DNA from: Amoebidium appalachense
Taxonomy: Eukaryota > Protista > Ichthyosporea
Length of the DNA: 64,000 nucleotides
Direction of reading: 5' to 3'
NCBI GenBank assembly: GCA_963693365.1
Contig: CAVNZM010000005.1
Location: 8,350,334-8,414,333 of the forward strand
The stretch's first letter is position 1. Every line of letters starts with the position of its first letter. The position numbers and the translations under genes were made by a program. A model generated the notes under the pieces. That model ran no database searches. It was not told where the DNA came from and saw nothing but the letters and a program-made list of their open reading frames with translations. This document shows positions 38,691-64,000 of the stretch, in pieces.

Positions 38691-39374
38691 TTCTGCGTAC
38701 AGCCTGTCGGTAAAAGCTAGTCGTGTGTCTGTGTGTGTGTCCTTGAGTGTGTGCCTTTGCGCAAGTTACTCTACGTGTTGGACTTTGAACTTGGGACAGA
38801 AACGTGGCCACGGCTTGGGAGTTGACCAATTTATATGTAGCCACGTTGGCAGGAATCCGATGGAGAAGTGAACTTATGAAGAATGACTTTAAATTTGTCT
38901 TGTTGAAGAAGATTGGTTTTGTTAGTCTTAAGTGAATATTATAGGGTTATTTCATTGGTGTTAAGCGTGTTTAAACATTTCATTTTCGCCGCTGCTATTG
39001 TCTAGTCGTCAAAAGTGCGTTTTGATTGGTAGCATCGTGAGCCATGCATTTTTCACATGCACCAATCGAAACGTGTAATCTACAGTCTAATAAGGCAAAT
39101 GGTATCTGATGATTCTGATCAAGCAGGGCCGTGGTATAAGGGCCGACTCAGTCAGACCAGGCTGGCACGGCACATACACGTGTACACGTGCACGTGCATG
39201 CGCACATCCCCAAAGCCGAAGGGAATCATGAGATCACTGCACGCACATGCACTGCAAATGACTCAACATGCATCCCTTCTTGCTGTGTACGCCGCATGCA
39301 TTGTACACAGCGCCCGGATAGATGCATGTGGTCAAGCCCCGAGTTTGACTTTTTATGTTTGTCTCAACATCAAC

Positions 39375-39375
<1 letters not shown>

Positions 39376-39434
<59 letters not shown>

Positions 39435-39440
39435 CGTGCG

Positions 39441-39517
<77 letters not shown>

Positions 39518-39605
39518 TGTGACGGTGTGTGTGTGTGTGTGTATGTGTGTGTGTGTGTGGGTGTTTGTGCGTGTATGTGTGCGTGCGTGCGTGCGTGCGT
39601 GCGTG

Positions 39606-39649
<44 letters not shown>

Positions 39650-39742
39650 TGTGACGGTGTGTGTGTGTGTGTGTGTGGGTGTATGTGTGTGTGTGTGGGT
39701 GTTTGTGCGTGAATGTGTGCGTGCGTGCGTGCGTGCACGTGC

Positions 39743-39789
<47 letters not shown>

Positions 39790-39810
39790 TTTGTGTTTGT
39801 GTGTGTGCGT
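39376..39810 (+). repeat. Compound (GT)n/(GCGT)n tract with a higher-order internal duplication
   Basis: The block TTTGTGTGACGGTGTG...GGGTGTTTGTGCGTG..ATGTGTGCGTGCGTGC occurs twice. Confidence 0.85.
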
Positions 39811-40105
39811 GGTGGTGGTGGTTGGGGGGGGGGGGGGGGGGGGGGGGCGCGGGGGGAGGGGGAGGGGGAGAGACAGGGGGATGGGGAGCCCCCATGCGCG
39901 GGGATCTAATTAGTCTTCTTGAGTGCACGGATATTGGCGACGTAGGCTACGGCAGGCCCGGGTACCGTAGGCTGGAGGCCACAAAGCGGAAAGCTCGGCT
40001 CAGCACCTGTGGATGGCATATGCACAAACGCACACGGTCGGGATGTGTGCGTACGTGCGCACGCATGCCACGGTGTGTGCGTGTGCGGGCGGGCGGGCGG
40101 GCGGG

Positions 40106-40141
<36 letters not shown>

Positions 40142-40983
40142 CGGCGAGACAAGGTATTCTGAATCAACGCACTTGTTAATGAGTTCAAGCAACAGCTGCA
40201 GAAGCAGACACCCCGCAAAGCAGGAGGCCTTTTTTTTTTTTTTTTTTTTTTGCCCCGGGGGGTGGTGGGGGGGGGGGGACCCCATGACGTGTGTGCTTGT
40301 GCGGGTTGGTGTCATGGGAGGATCTGTGTACAATTCGGAAGGCCCGAAGGCTCTTGCTATCTATTCTCCTCGGTCTGCCCTGCTCTGCCCTGAATCTTCT
40401 GGCAATACGTTAACGTATCCACGCACTGAGTAAGAAAAATGGATTGTGGGGGGAACTGTGTGTGCCAAGCCTTGTGGTCGCTTTCGGGTCACGTCTATGT
40501 AGTCTCGTTTTATATAATATTGATACCTAGACTAGTGACTGTGGGGCCTTGTCTTACTACTAACTATACATACATGCATATCTTGAATGTGATAGCTGTT
40601 GCTATGACCCAACCGGTTAAACTCTCGATCATCCACCTAGACACCCTTGTACCCACACCACTATCCCACCACCACATTACACATCTTACTTACCCGGTAC
40701 TGTGGCTATCTAGATCTTAGGGCAGTTTAGGTGGGTTAGACATACGTCTACAGTAAATCGAGTTGCTGCCACTTTAGTGCCGCACACACTCGCACACCAG
40801 ATTTTGTCTTTCAGCCTTTCCTCCTATTCCTCCGGACACTCACGCAAAATCTCCTCGTATACTTTTAGGCATCATGAAATTCTGATACAGTGCTGGATAT
40901 GGGCAAATCATCACACCCTACCAAATTGAGGCAAAGTTTAGCCTATCATCATAGAGCTATTTCCCCTTTAACCTATCATAGAA

Positions 40984-42714
40984 CTACTTTCCTTTCTCCT
41001 TTTCATTGACAACATCATCCACCCCGACTGACTCGCCCACATGCACGTGCCTATCGTCCATAATATCCATCACCGACTCATGGACACCGCCCTTCTTGCC
41101 AAGAACCGAATTGTGGTAGCCGTAGAAGACATACACCAGCAGGCCGGCCCCCGTCCATATGAGCAAATTGATATACGATTGATAGTTGAGGCCGGCCATA
41201 AGGCATCCGTTCACAAACACGCCGAGCATCGGGAGGAAAGGCATGAGCGGGGTTCGGAAGGTGTCTGGGGGCGGGGCCACTGTACCCTTGAACCAGTAGA
41301 AGAACACGAGAGCAAAAGGGATAACGCTCAAAACCACAAACGAGACGATAACAACCGCCAGTCCGGCCTCTGTGCGACGGGCAATCATCCACGCAGCCCA
41401 CGAACCGACACCGAACCAGAAAACAGTGAAGGTAGTGAGCCAGCTGGGGAAAATGCGCCTGCCGGGCTGGCTGTCAGCATCCACCCGTTCCGGATCGTAG
41501 GAAATGCGAAGGATGAGGACCCCGCAGCACACAAATGAAAACGCCATGAACGTGCCCAGGGAGATGGAGTCGGCCAAAAAGTCGAAAGTGAAAAACGTGG
41601 CCAGTGTCCCGGCGATCACGGCCGTAAGGATGGTGCCGGCGACAGGGACACCGCGATGGTTTGTGCGGCCTAAAACACTGAAGAGGAGACCGTCCTGGGC
41701 CATTGCGAGGAAGATTCTGGGCTGGCCCATCATGGAGCAAAGGGTGGTGCACGTGAGGGTGGTGACCGAGCCGACAGCGATGAGAGACGCCGCCCAGTTC
41801 GAACCCGCATAGGAAAACGCCTGAGAGATGGGAGAAGCGGTGTACAGAGGATCCTGAAGGGTGAGATATGGCACCATGCCGCTGATGGCCAACCCCACCA
41901 GGCAGTAGAGCGTGGTGGCAATGGAGAGGGTGCCCATCAGGCCGATGGGGATGTCGCGTTGTGGGTTCTTTGCCTCCGCACTCATGCTGCTGACGGCGTC
42001 AAAGCCAACATAGCTGAAAAAGGCGATGCCCGCACCGACGAGAGTCTCGCCAAAGCCAAAGGGCATAAAGGGGGTCCAGTTGTCTGCGTCTACATGCATA
42101 AAACCAAAGATGATAACAAAGAGGATTAGGCATACGTTCCAAATGGTCACAAACAGGTTGAATCTCGCGGAGACATCTGCACCCGTTAGCTGCACGGCGG
42201 TCACGGCGAGGACGATCAGAAGGGCGAGGGGGTTAATTTGCAACGGTCCGACCAAGGGATAGGGTGTGATGCCGACGGGTAGATTGACACCAAAATTCGA
42301 GAATGCTGCCGCAACGTACGAGGCCCAACTTACGGCTATGGTCCCCGCACTCACACCGTACTCCAGGCAGAGGTTCCACCCCATCACCCATGCCATGAAC
42401 TCACCCAGAGAGGCGTATGAGTAGGCGTACGCAGAGCCGGCGATGGGGAGTTTCGCGGCGAACTCGGCGTAGCACAAACCGGAGAGAAGGGCTGCAAAAC
42501 CAGCGAAGAAGAAGGAAATGCACACGGAGGGGCCGGCGTGGAAGGCGGCAATGCTTCCCGTAGTTACAAACACACCGGCACCCACGCACGAACCCAGACC
42601 GTAGGCGATGAGGTCGAAGGCAGTAAGGCAGCGTTTGAGTCCATTTGCGTCCTGAAGTTCCTCCGCACTCAAGATGACAGGCTTGCACGCCTGCAGACGC
42701 GATATGACGCCCAT
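40984..42714 (-). CDS. Cationic amino acid transporter (APC superfamily, SLC7A/CAT-like), 576 aa, single coding exon
   Basis: Uninterrupted ORF with many TM segments; LKRCLTAFDLIAYGLGSCVGAGVFV, CYAEFAAKLPIAGSAYAY, FFSYVGFD, EAKNPQRDIP, QPRIFLAMAQDGLL; C-terminal CAT module FRTPLMPFLP. Confidence 0.96.
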   Translation of the reverse strand: MGVISRLQACKPVILSAEELQDANGLKRCLTAFDLIAYGLGSCVGAGVFVTTGSIAAFHAGPSVCISFFFAGFAALLSGLCYAEFAAKLPIAGSAYAYSYASLGEFMAWVMGWNLCLEYGVSAGTIAVSWASYVAAAFSNFGVNLPVGITPYPLVGPLQINPLALLIVLAVTAVQLTGADVSARFNLFVTIWNVCLILFVIIFGFMHVDADNWTPFMPFGFGETLVGAGIAFFSYVGFDAVSSMSAEAKNPQRDIPIGLMGTLSIATTLYCLVGLAISGMVPYLTLQDPLYTASPISQAFSYAGSNWAASLIAVGSVTTLTCTTLCSMMGQPRIFLAMAQDGLLFSVLGRTNHRGVPVAGTILTAVIAGTLATFFTFDFLADSISLGTFMAFSFVCCGVLILRISYDPERVDADSQPGRRIFPSWLTTFTVFWFGVGSWAAWMIARRTEAGLAVVIVSFVVLSVIPFALVFFYWFKGTVAPPPDTFRTPLMPFLPMLGVFVNGCLMAGLNYQSYINLLIWTGAGLLVYVFYGYHNSVLGKKGGVHESVMDIMDDRHVHVGESVGVDDVVNEKEKGK

Positions 42715-44155
42715 GTTGATGTTGATTTGCTAGGCAGGTGTAAGTAGGCTATTGGGCAAGTGGGCATGTAGGTTTATAGGTGCTGTGCTCGAGGAGAAAA
42801 GTGCAGTTTCCTTGTCAATGCCAAGTGTGCACGTATTCAGGTCGGCATAGTGTTGCATTGAACACAGAAAACATGAGTGACATATAAGGTACGCGTGCGA
42901 ATGCGATGATAGCGAAACTTCTCAGAAAAGCATTGCAAGAATGTTCATCCTAGACCTCCATCTCTGAACCAGAAATTCAGTGCGAGCGAAAACGTTACAA
43001 AAGGGCCAATATTGAATTTGAAACTTTGCAGCTTCATCAAAGAAATAGTTAGAAACTAAAATTGAGGCCAATACATCTGGTATCACTGATCAGAATAGAT
43101 TTCATCAAACTTTCAAAATTGTTTAGATCCCCTTAAAACTTTAACCGGGCTCTAACTACATGCACGTCTTCCGACTTGAAACTCAAAGAGCTCTAGGAGT
43201 CTCTGAGAGCTTTGCTACGGGTTGTGTTTGGGATAGTGTATTGTTTGAACTAACAACTCACACCATTCAAAGGCCCTTAAGAAATAATGGGCTTTATTTT
43301 CCATAGTAATACGCTACATACATATGAAAAGGAGCTAATAGTTGTTGATTGCCCTTGGCCCGCCAGTGGGGCCGCCAGCCCACCAGTAACCGACGGAGTT
43401 TGAGGGGGCCTGCTGCCTTGTGCCTACCACTCCAACCATTTGGATTGGTTAATCGAACTGTAAACAAGTCGTCAATTCGGACAAAAAAGGCAATGTTTAC
43501 ATTCCATCCGCCTCATAAATAGTATTAGATTGGAGTCACTGTCACATACGGCACGGTGGTCATGACTCATGAGTAAACTACTCGTAACCACTGGCCGTAT
43601 ACTGGCTATTTACTTACATGTTATTTCCTCATAATTATTTTAGCTTATCTTCCTTAGCTTTTTCATACCTTCTTAGAATAGTGCGTTTTTGAATCCCCCT
43701 CTGAGGCTCGGGATCCCAAATCGGGCTATTTTTTTATTCACCAATCATCACGTCATTCATTGCTGAGCGGTAAGAAAGGCGCACACATAGCAAGGCGCTT
43801 CGCTTGGCATGTCTGCAGTTTTTTTTTTTGGAAAACAAAGACGTTCCAGAGTCTTGCAAAGTGGCAACTGTAAACCGAAGGGTACTTGAAAGACAACCAC
43901 AGCAGAGTATACACACACATGTACACAAAGGGGTCAGCCGTAGTGTAATTCCCTCATTTTACGTTATAGCCAACTCATTCTCCTGTAAGCATGGCGCCCA
44001 CAGAACCCAAAAGTTCGAAAACAACTCGCAAAGTGTTTTCTGCAAACTGGTGCAAAAGGAAAGCTGATGACCCCGACACCTGCTTTTTGACTGTTCCAGA
44101 GATTCGAAACGGAGACCCCAAACAGCTGGAACTCAGGTGGAGGTGGCTTTAAGTA

Positions 44156-44962
44156 ATGGAACGTGAGGACATAGCCGAGAGGGAGAAAAGGAAGCTCGAG
44201 CAACAATGTAAGATGGATATTGATACGATCCTTCTGAGCGGGAACCCCAAAGTTCACTCACCGGGGGGCGCTAAACGAGGGCGTCCCCGCGCAGCGCTGC
44301 CGAAAAAGCTCTTCTCTGACGTGCGTCTCTGCAAGCAGCATTTACGGCCGAAGATTACATCATACTCAAGAAACAAAGAAGACGCGGAAGGGGATTCAAC
44401 CGTGTTGACACGCCCGTGTACCCTTTACCTCGCACCAAGTGTCAAGCTTCTATTGACGAGCAGCCGTGTGACCGCACAGCCAACGCAAGTGACCAAGCGG
44501 AGGATGAATCTTCGAAACGGGAAACCAATAAGCGAACATTGCCGCCCGACGGCCATGAGGGTGAGCGTGGTTCGCGCCCAAAGGGTCGGAAAAGACGTTA
44601 TTGTGGAGCAAGTAGCAATACGGGTGAATGCAGTCGGGGGCTCACACGATCGCCCCGATAGAGTAAGCAACCAAGAGGGGGATGAAGTCGCGGAACTGGA
44701 AGCTAGGAAAGGTGGACGATTGTCAGATAGTGATGATTGCGAGCGTGGTGCGTGGCTGATGGCTCAAAGAAACCAGAGTGTTGATGTGGAGCAGGTAGCC
44801 GAACAGATGAATGAAGTGGTGGGGGCAAGGGTAGATTTAGAAACTAAGAACAAGGACTTGGAGCGTCAGGTTCGATCACTACGGAAAGAACTTAGGAAAG
44901 AGCGCGGTAGGATCGCGGCACTGGAAAGGAAAATTAAGAAGTTGGAAGAAAAAGGGAGATAA
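44156..44962 (+). CDS. Hypothetical protein with AT-hook (KRGRPR) and C-terminal coiled coil, 268 aa
   Basis: Repeat-free 807-nt ORF; AKRGRPRAA motif; heptad run VDLETKNKDLERQVRSLRKELRKERGRIAALERKIKKLEEK. No family recognised. Confidence 0.6.
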   Translation: MEREDIAEREKRKLEQQCKMDIDTILLSGNPKVHSPGGAKRGRPRAALPKKLFSDVRLCKQHLRPKITSYSRNKEDAEGDSTVLTRPCTLYLAPSVKLLLTSSRVTAQPTQVTKRRMNLRNGKPISEHCRPTAMRVSVVRAQRVGKDVIVEQVAIRVNAVGGSHDRPDRVSNQEGDEVAELEARKGGRLSDSDDCERGAWLMAQRNQSVDVEQVAEQMNEVVGARVDLETKNKDLERQVRSLRKELRKERGRIAALERKIKKLEEKGR

Positions 44963-45223
44963 CGAAAGATGATAAGGTTAAAAAGGATACTTAGGAGTTG
45001 GGAGAGAGGAGAGGGTGGGGAAGACACCGAGGGAGGCGGTGGGGAGAGAGAAAATAGAGGGGAGAGGCAGGGAGGGAGGGAGAAAGGTGGGCCGGGAGGG
45101 AGAAGGGGGTAGGGGAGGAGGTGGGGTGGGGGAGGAGAGGGAGGAAGCAAGAGACTAAATGCGTAATAGGAAGCAGGGAGGTGAGAAGACGGTGGAGATT
45201 GCTAACGGTTGGCATACTTATGT

Positions 45224-45306
<83 letters not shown>

Positions 45307-45977
45307 TGTGTGTGTGGGTGCATGTGTGTGCGTGTGTGTGTGTGTGCGTGTTCGTGTGTGTGTTGGAGTGTGTGTGTGGAGGGGGCGCTGGTGACTGTGC
45401 GTCACCGCTAGATAATCATCTAATTATGCAGCACTCACACAAACATACCACCTAACACTCCTGCACATCCACACGCACACATGCACTAAAACAGATTCGC
45501 CCGCAAGCGCTTAGGTACACCCACTTCCACACACCCCGCACGGAGCGTAAGGTATTTGCATGCATACACCTACACACGGTACACATGGCTATAGTAAACG
45601 TGCACCGGACACACGTAGATTGCTGGGCCATGGCATATCTGATGGGGACATTTTCCAACTTGACGGGAAAAGAGCTTGACGTGTGGGGCCGGTACCCACT
45701 TTGGGACGTTGGTGTTTGGGCAAGAACAAAATAAATGCGACTGAAACACGAACAGAAAAGCAGTACATAATTTGAGTTAAACAGTTGAAAATTAAAAGTT
45801 CAATGCCTACGGAAGATAATTTCCATACACACACGCGCACACACACACATGCGGGCGCGCACACGCACACACCGGCACACACGGTCACTGGCACACACAC
45901 GTACACACAAAACCTCTGCCCTCCCCCCCCCCCCCCACACACACACACACAAACATGCACATACACATGTACACACA

Positions 45978-46014
<37 letters not shown>

Positions 46015-46016
46015 GC

Positions 46017-46062
<46 letters not shown>

Positions 46063-46420
46063 ACACACACACGTGTTCGCATATATCTAATGTACCTGCG
46101 CGCGACACACACAGAATCTAGGCAATTCGTACTTGCATACAATATTAGTTGTTGTGTTCCAGCTCCTTAGAGAATGGGGAATGAGGAAACAGTCAATAAA
46201 CAACCCGACCGACAGATATCCCCCCCCCCCCCCTTCCCCCCCACCCCCCTCCCTCCAAGGGCGCCCAGGAACACACACCCACACCCACCCACACCCACCC
46301 ACATACGCACACCCACCTTTCGATATGCATGCGTGTGAGCGGGCACACTTACACAAACACACACACTCATGCCGCAAAATTCTGATTAGTATTGAATCTC
46401 ATTCTGTGGCCTGTTAAGCA

Positions 46421-46762
46421 CCCAACCACATCAGCAGAGTCAACTTGCAAAAAGCAGAATTATTCTGCAAAAGCGGATATTCTGCATAAAGCAGAATTAT
46501 TCTGCAAAAAGCAGAATTATTCTGCAAAATCAGAATCACTCTGCTTTTAGCAGAATCACTCTGCTTTTAGCAGAATTATTCTGCTTTTAGCAGGTTGATT
46601 CTGCTTTTAGCAGATTGATTCTGCTGTTTGCAGAGTGATTCTGCTTTTAGCAGATTGATAGAATTCTGCCGCTAGCAGAATAATTCTGCTTTTAGCAGAA
46701 TAATTCTGCTCTTTGCGGAATAATTCTGCTCGGAGCAAGTTGAATCAGCTGATGTGGTTGGG
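46421..46762. mobile_element. Non-autonomous TIR element (MITE/foldback-like) with internal palindromic 20-bp array
   Basis: Left TIR CCCAACCACATCAGCAGAGTCAACTTGC (46421-46448) matches the reverse complement of the right end GCAAGTTGAATCAGCTGATGTGGTTGGG (46735-46762) at 26/28. Interior holds about 14 GCAGAATWATTCTGC units. No clear TSD. Confidence 0.8.
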
Positions 46763-47697
46763 CCCTCGAGCTCTGTTACATCGATATCTGCACCCCCCCC
46801 CCCCCCCCCCCCCCCCGTCCCGGAATCCCTCCCCCGCCCCGGAATCCCTCCCCTCTCCACCTGCTTCGAGTTCCTCCCCATTTCCCCTTCCATATCCCTG
46901 CCTGACCCAAGTACGGATCCGGACACTGTTTCTACTAGATTTCTGTGTCTGTATGGACCTATATTTAACATTAGTTTTTTATACACCTGCCAGTCTCAGA
47001 GACACTTGTGTCGTTTCGGAAGCAATACTATGATGTGCACGTGGCCGGGTGTATGTCACAACGGCAAATATTATATTGTATCCAAATCTATATATCTTGA
47101 GACAGGGAGGTTGGGGGGGGGGGGGGGGTAAGTTGTGACACTGTGTGACGTCGACATTACTGTGCCTGATATGCAAACCCCTGATATCTGGCCATGGAGT
47201 ACAAATTACACACGATCGACCGACAACTGCAATGCAATTTGTAAACCACACACAAAGAATATGTATTATCAGCAATTGCGCACAGACCCTAGGCCTATCC
47301 ATAAAAGACCCAAGTCTACGTGCACCCTAGACATGTGGGCCCGCGGGGATGGGGGAGGCGGGGGGGGGGGGGGGGGGGGGGGGGGACCCATCCCGTTAAT
47401 AATTATGTCAGGCTACAAATGGCACGAATTTAATGAGGACTCAGGTGTGCACAACCAAAATGTGCTTTTTAATAAATCTTTTTTATTTGGGCGGACAGCA
47501 GGATCGTGGCACTGGTGATGTACATGTGGTGTTGAATAAACGGGAGGGGGGGGGGGGGGGGGGGGGGGGGAGGGGGGGGGGGGGGGAGACGGAGAGAGAA
47601 GAGGAGACACAGTGAGAAAGAGCCTAAGAGTGTGTGTCTGTAAAGGTGGGTGTGTGTGTGTCTGTCAAGGAGGGTGTGTGTGTCTCTGTAAAGGAGG

Positions 47698-47776
<79 letters not shown>

Positions 47777-48518
47777 TGTGTGTGTGTGCGGCGGCGGCGG
47801 GGGGAGGGGAGGGGGGGGGGAGGGGGGGGGGTCCTCTACCCGATCACTTCATAGACCCAACCTTGTTCATGGCTTTTGAATCATTTATTTGAGCAATACC
47901 TGGACAACCCATACCTCCTGCCGCGGACGTTTTAAAATTTAAATCTAAGTTTACTTTTATAGGGCTTCAAACACTGCATTACCGATATATAAAACACCAT
48001 TCAACCCACAAAAACACTAGTGGTGATTCTCCTATTTAGTGTACATTTCATGTGGTATTCACTCTTACTAATATTAGAACCAGAACATTCAGTCCAGCAG
48101 AGACTAAGGATTCAAAAAACCTGCGCCGTTTCTCTCTCACATGATTCCTTTCTGCCAAAACCAAAAATAAATTAAATATGAATCAAGGGCAAATCCAACA
48201 TGCATCTATTCGTTTACAAGATTCACACACTGAAGTGTTCAGATTTAACCACGTTATATATAAACACGCGCAAGTAACCTATACCATTCAACCGGTTATA
48301 TGCACAACAGCAGAATTAAGCCTTCACCTTGCAATTGTATCACCAACCTACCTATTCACACAACAACAACTATCGAACTGTAAACTCAATGACTCCATTC
48401 ATTTTCTCACGTAGAAACAAAACAACAACAACACACCAAGGGCAGCACACATGACATCACAAAACCTAACGGTTGAAATAATGATGGTGGTGTGTGTGTG
48501 TGTGTGTGTGCCACACCC

Positions 48519-48570
<52 letters not shown>

Positions 48571-48722
48571 CACACCCGAGCGTGTGTGTGTGTGTGTGCA
48601 TCAAAACCGGGGAGGGAGGGGGTGGGTGGGTGGGTGGTGGTGGTTGTTGCTGTTGTTGTTGTGGTGGTGGTGGTGGATGGGTGGGTGGTTGAGTGGGTGG
48701 GTGGGTGGGTGGGTGGGGGAGG

Positions 48723-48756
<34 letters not shown>

Positions 48757-48825
48757 GGATATCAGCCTTCGTACAATGTCAAACTCCTTTGTTGAGGCAT
48801 ATGAGAAAGAGAAGGGGCATGGGGT

Positions 48826-48861
<36 letters not shown>

Positions 48862-48868
48862 TTCTATC

Positions 48869-62799
<13,931 letters not shown>

Positions 62800-62858
62800 C
62801 CAAATTAAGAGAAATCTCAAACAGGCTACAAAATTTTGTTACGTGAGGGTATGTGTCA

Positions 62859-63090
62859 CACATATAAGTGGATGAATCCTTAAGATCAAATGAGTGGGTT
62901 TTGGCTATTTGGATTTGAAGAGCTGTAATGGTGCTGTGACTGTAATTTCTCTACGAGTTCTGTTCTTAAGCGTCACATATAAGTGGATGAATCCTTAAGA
63001 TCAAATGAGAGTGGGTTTTGGCTATTTGGATTTAAAGAGCTGTAATGGTGCTGTGACTGTAATTTCTCTACGAGTTCTGTTCTTAAGCGT
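62859..63090 (+). repeat. ~115-bp tandem duplication upstream of the kinase start
   Basis: 62859-62973 and 62974-63090 differ by a GA insertion and one substitution. Confidence 0.92.
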
Positions 63091-63748
63091 CAATGTGTCT
63101 GCAAACTCATAATAACCAGGTATGTTTTCTCTGCCCATAGCCTGCTGTGTATGGAGTGTGACGATGGTGACATGTCCATTTCACATGTCACATGTTCTGA
63201 CATCGGGAATTCTCAGTCTGAGCACACCAACGCAAGAGAAAACTCGACAGCACAATATCCAAGGCATGTACTTTTCCCTTCTCAGCATGCGCACTGTTAA
63301 CAGTAAAACGGAATATGATTCGTTTCAGCAAAGCAACATCTTCACAGCTCTTAGAGTGCATGGATGGAATACAAATATGTTCTGTTCTGACACCATAAGC
63401 TCAAGGTTTCAAGGGTGGCAGATCGAACGAGATCTTGCCTAGATCAAAATAAGATTTCTCGAATTTCAGAAAACTATCCAAGGGTTATCCCAGAAAGTCT
63501 CAGGACTTTTGTCGAGTTCAAAAGGCGGCAAAATGGGTCACACAGATAAATGATAGCCACACACTTTCTGGCAAGATGCTTTCACATGCAGGTTTAGAGG
63601 TTGGGTACATTGCACCCTCGTACCTTCGATTCTCCCTTTTTTTTCGCGTTAATATTGGGGGGGAAAAATTACAATGGCTTTATTGAGGTAATCTATAAAT
63701 GTACAATATCTCGTATTAGTATGTCCATGTGTGCGTGTGCGTGTGTGC

Positions 63749-63781
<33 letters not shown>

Positions 63782-64000
63782 ACGCACACGCGCGTTGCAG
63801 GGCGGGGGGAGGGGGGGGGGGGGGGGTATGAATCAAGGACATTAAAAGCGAAGCATTCGCAGAATGCAGAACAAACAACACACACACACATACACACACG
63901 AGAACACAAAATCAAGGGCAAAAAGGCGCCGGGAGGTTCTAGTGAGAAGTGTGAGATTTTGATAACACCACCAGGTGTGCATGCCAATGAAATAGAAGTA

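Noticed and set aside
39057-40433. 458-aa + strand ORF
   Set aside because: Its length comes from (GT)n and poly-G tracts; no domain or consistent splice model.
41041-42747. Several + strand ORFs over the transporter
   Set aside because: Antisense shadows of a GC3-rich coding sequence.
46454-46729. Palindromic repeat array as a CRISPR array
   Set aside because: Spacers are only 4-5 nt and nearly invariant, there are no cas genes, the context is eukaryotic, and TIRs enclose the array.

Overview
This is eukaryotic nuclear DNA, intron-rich and saturated with poly-G/poly-C runs and (GT/CA)n microsatellites. Most ORFs in the six-frame track are repeat artefacts. Gene content suggests a unicellular opisthokont such as an ichthyosporean, but that is inference only. 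Splicing by hand (GT-AG, phase-checked) gives eight protein-coding genes: an LCAT-like alpha/beta hydrolase (+, 7 exons); NAA10/ARD1 (-, 4 exons) head-to-head with MMTAG2/C1orf35 (+, 8 exons); a 15-exon LIM + RPEL protein with an unrecognised Cys-rich C-terminal domain (-); an ABHD1/2/3-type hydrolase (-, 2 exons); an intronless cationic amino-acid transporter (-); an orphan AT-hook/coiled-coil ORF (+); and a 17-exon MLK/ZAK-like TKL kinase with a putative C-terminal zinc finger (-). Three models each need a 1-nt change in a C/G homopolymer, probably assembly errors. The most notable signals are: (1) introns with G/GT tracts at the 5' end and complementary C/CA tracts running into the 3' AG, suggesting structure-assisted splicing without a polypyrimidine tract; (2) the LIM-RPEL protein's unknown domain; (3) a 342-bp TIR element filled with 20-bp palindromic units; (4) a dispersed short repeat family anchored on G tracts.
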